This document shows, one piece after another, positions 63,393 to 64,000 of a DNA stretch of 64,000 bases; within the stretch, counting starts at the first letter, position 1; the number at the start of each line of letters is the position of its first letter. Under the pieces are notes generated by a model. It searched no databases, had not been told where the DNA came from, and saw only the letters and a list, made by a program, of their open reading frames with translations. A program made the translations under genes and the position numbers. Origin of the DNA: Podarcis erhardii (taxonomy: Eukaryota); assembly GCA_964252035.1 (NCBI GenBank), contig OZ176200.1; one strand, 5' to 3'.

Positions 63393-64000
63393 TATATTAT
63401 TATTATTTATATACCACCCTATACCTGGAGGTCTCAAGGCGGTTTTCAGAAAATATCAACATAAAACCCACAATATATATATACTGAAAATAAAAACAAC
63501 AACCCAATAATACCCCCCTAAAGTCGTCCCGATTCTGGGTTTGTTTGTTTTTTGCATTGTTTTTGTTAATTTCATTCTGGGCCTATGGCAGAGTCTGAAC
63601 AACAACAGCAACAATGTTAAATAATTTTAAATAATTTTTTAAAAAACACTGGGTGCACCATTCAAAAGGCACAAATCCAGACACCTGGAACTGCTTGTGC
63701 ACAATTTTATGCATTAGGTTTGTAGTAGCTCAGGGAATGGGGACCTGTGGTTACAACGTCTGTCATCCCTGACCATTGACTATGCTAAATGGTTGAGGGG
63801 CATTGAGATGCACCAGAATCTAGAGGTTCACAGGTTGCTTATCTCTGGTGTGTCCACTTGCAGACAGGTGTACACCAAGTCCTGTCTATGGTTAGATTCT
63901 TATAGGCCTCAGTTTCTTTCTTCTTTGATATCATAAGCTGTTCAAAAATGGGAGGAGGAGGAAGGGTGGTGATTTCAGCTCATAGCACAGAAAGAAAGAA

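Larger units (their letters stand above)
1..64000 (+). other. GALNT18: GALNT18 transcription unit (partial); the window is six internal exons plus introns
   Basis: Six in-frame exons were found and no start or stop exon. 1-27388 and 57306-64000 are parts of introns that extend beyond the window. Internal introns are 5684, 1931, 15381, 2444 and 3560 bp. Confidence 0.9.

Noticed and set aside
63234-63510. Poly-Phe and poly-Ser ORFs (likewise HTHT/CVCV ORFs elsewhere)
   Set aside because: They are translations of microsatellites.
1-64000. CRISPR arrays, operons or prokaryotic defence systems
   Set aside because: The sequence is eukaryotic intron/exon DNA with no regularly spaced repeats.

Overview
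Vertebrate genomic DNA, most likely from a squamate. The lacertid-lizard assignment is an inference from the repeat families. The window lies inside one + strand gene, GALNT18 (polypeptide GalNAc-transferase 18, Y-subfamily). Six consecutive coding exons with canonical AG/GT ends splice in frame: 27389-27572, 33257-33454, 35386-35500, 50882-51067, 53512-53649 and 57210-57305 (917 nt, probably exons 4-9). The flanking exons lie outside the window. The rest is intron containing Tc1/mariner-pogo MITEs (TA TSDs), hAT MITEs (8-bp TSDs), tRNA- and 5S-derived SINEs, CR1/L2/L1 fragments, microsatellites and a strong CTCF motif. The most notable non-coding signal is a family of short Penelope-like (PLE) terminal-repeat insertions carrying a minimal type I hammerhead ribozyme motif. 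One copy is intact and sense to the host pre-mRNA (18309-18346). One forms a perfect 93-bp-arm palindrome between 16-bp TSDs (22197-22418). One is decayed (51380-51493). PLE hammerheads are a described phenomenon, so the novelty here is locus-level. Most ORFs in the supplied track are spurious.
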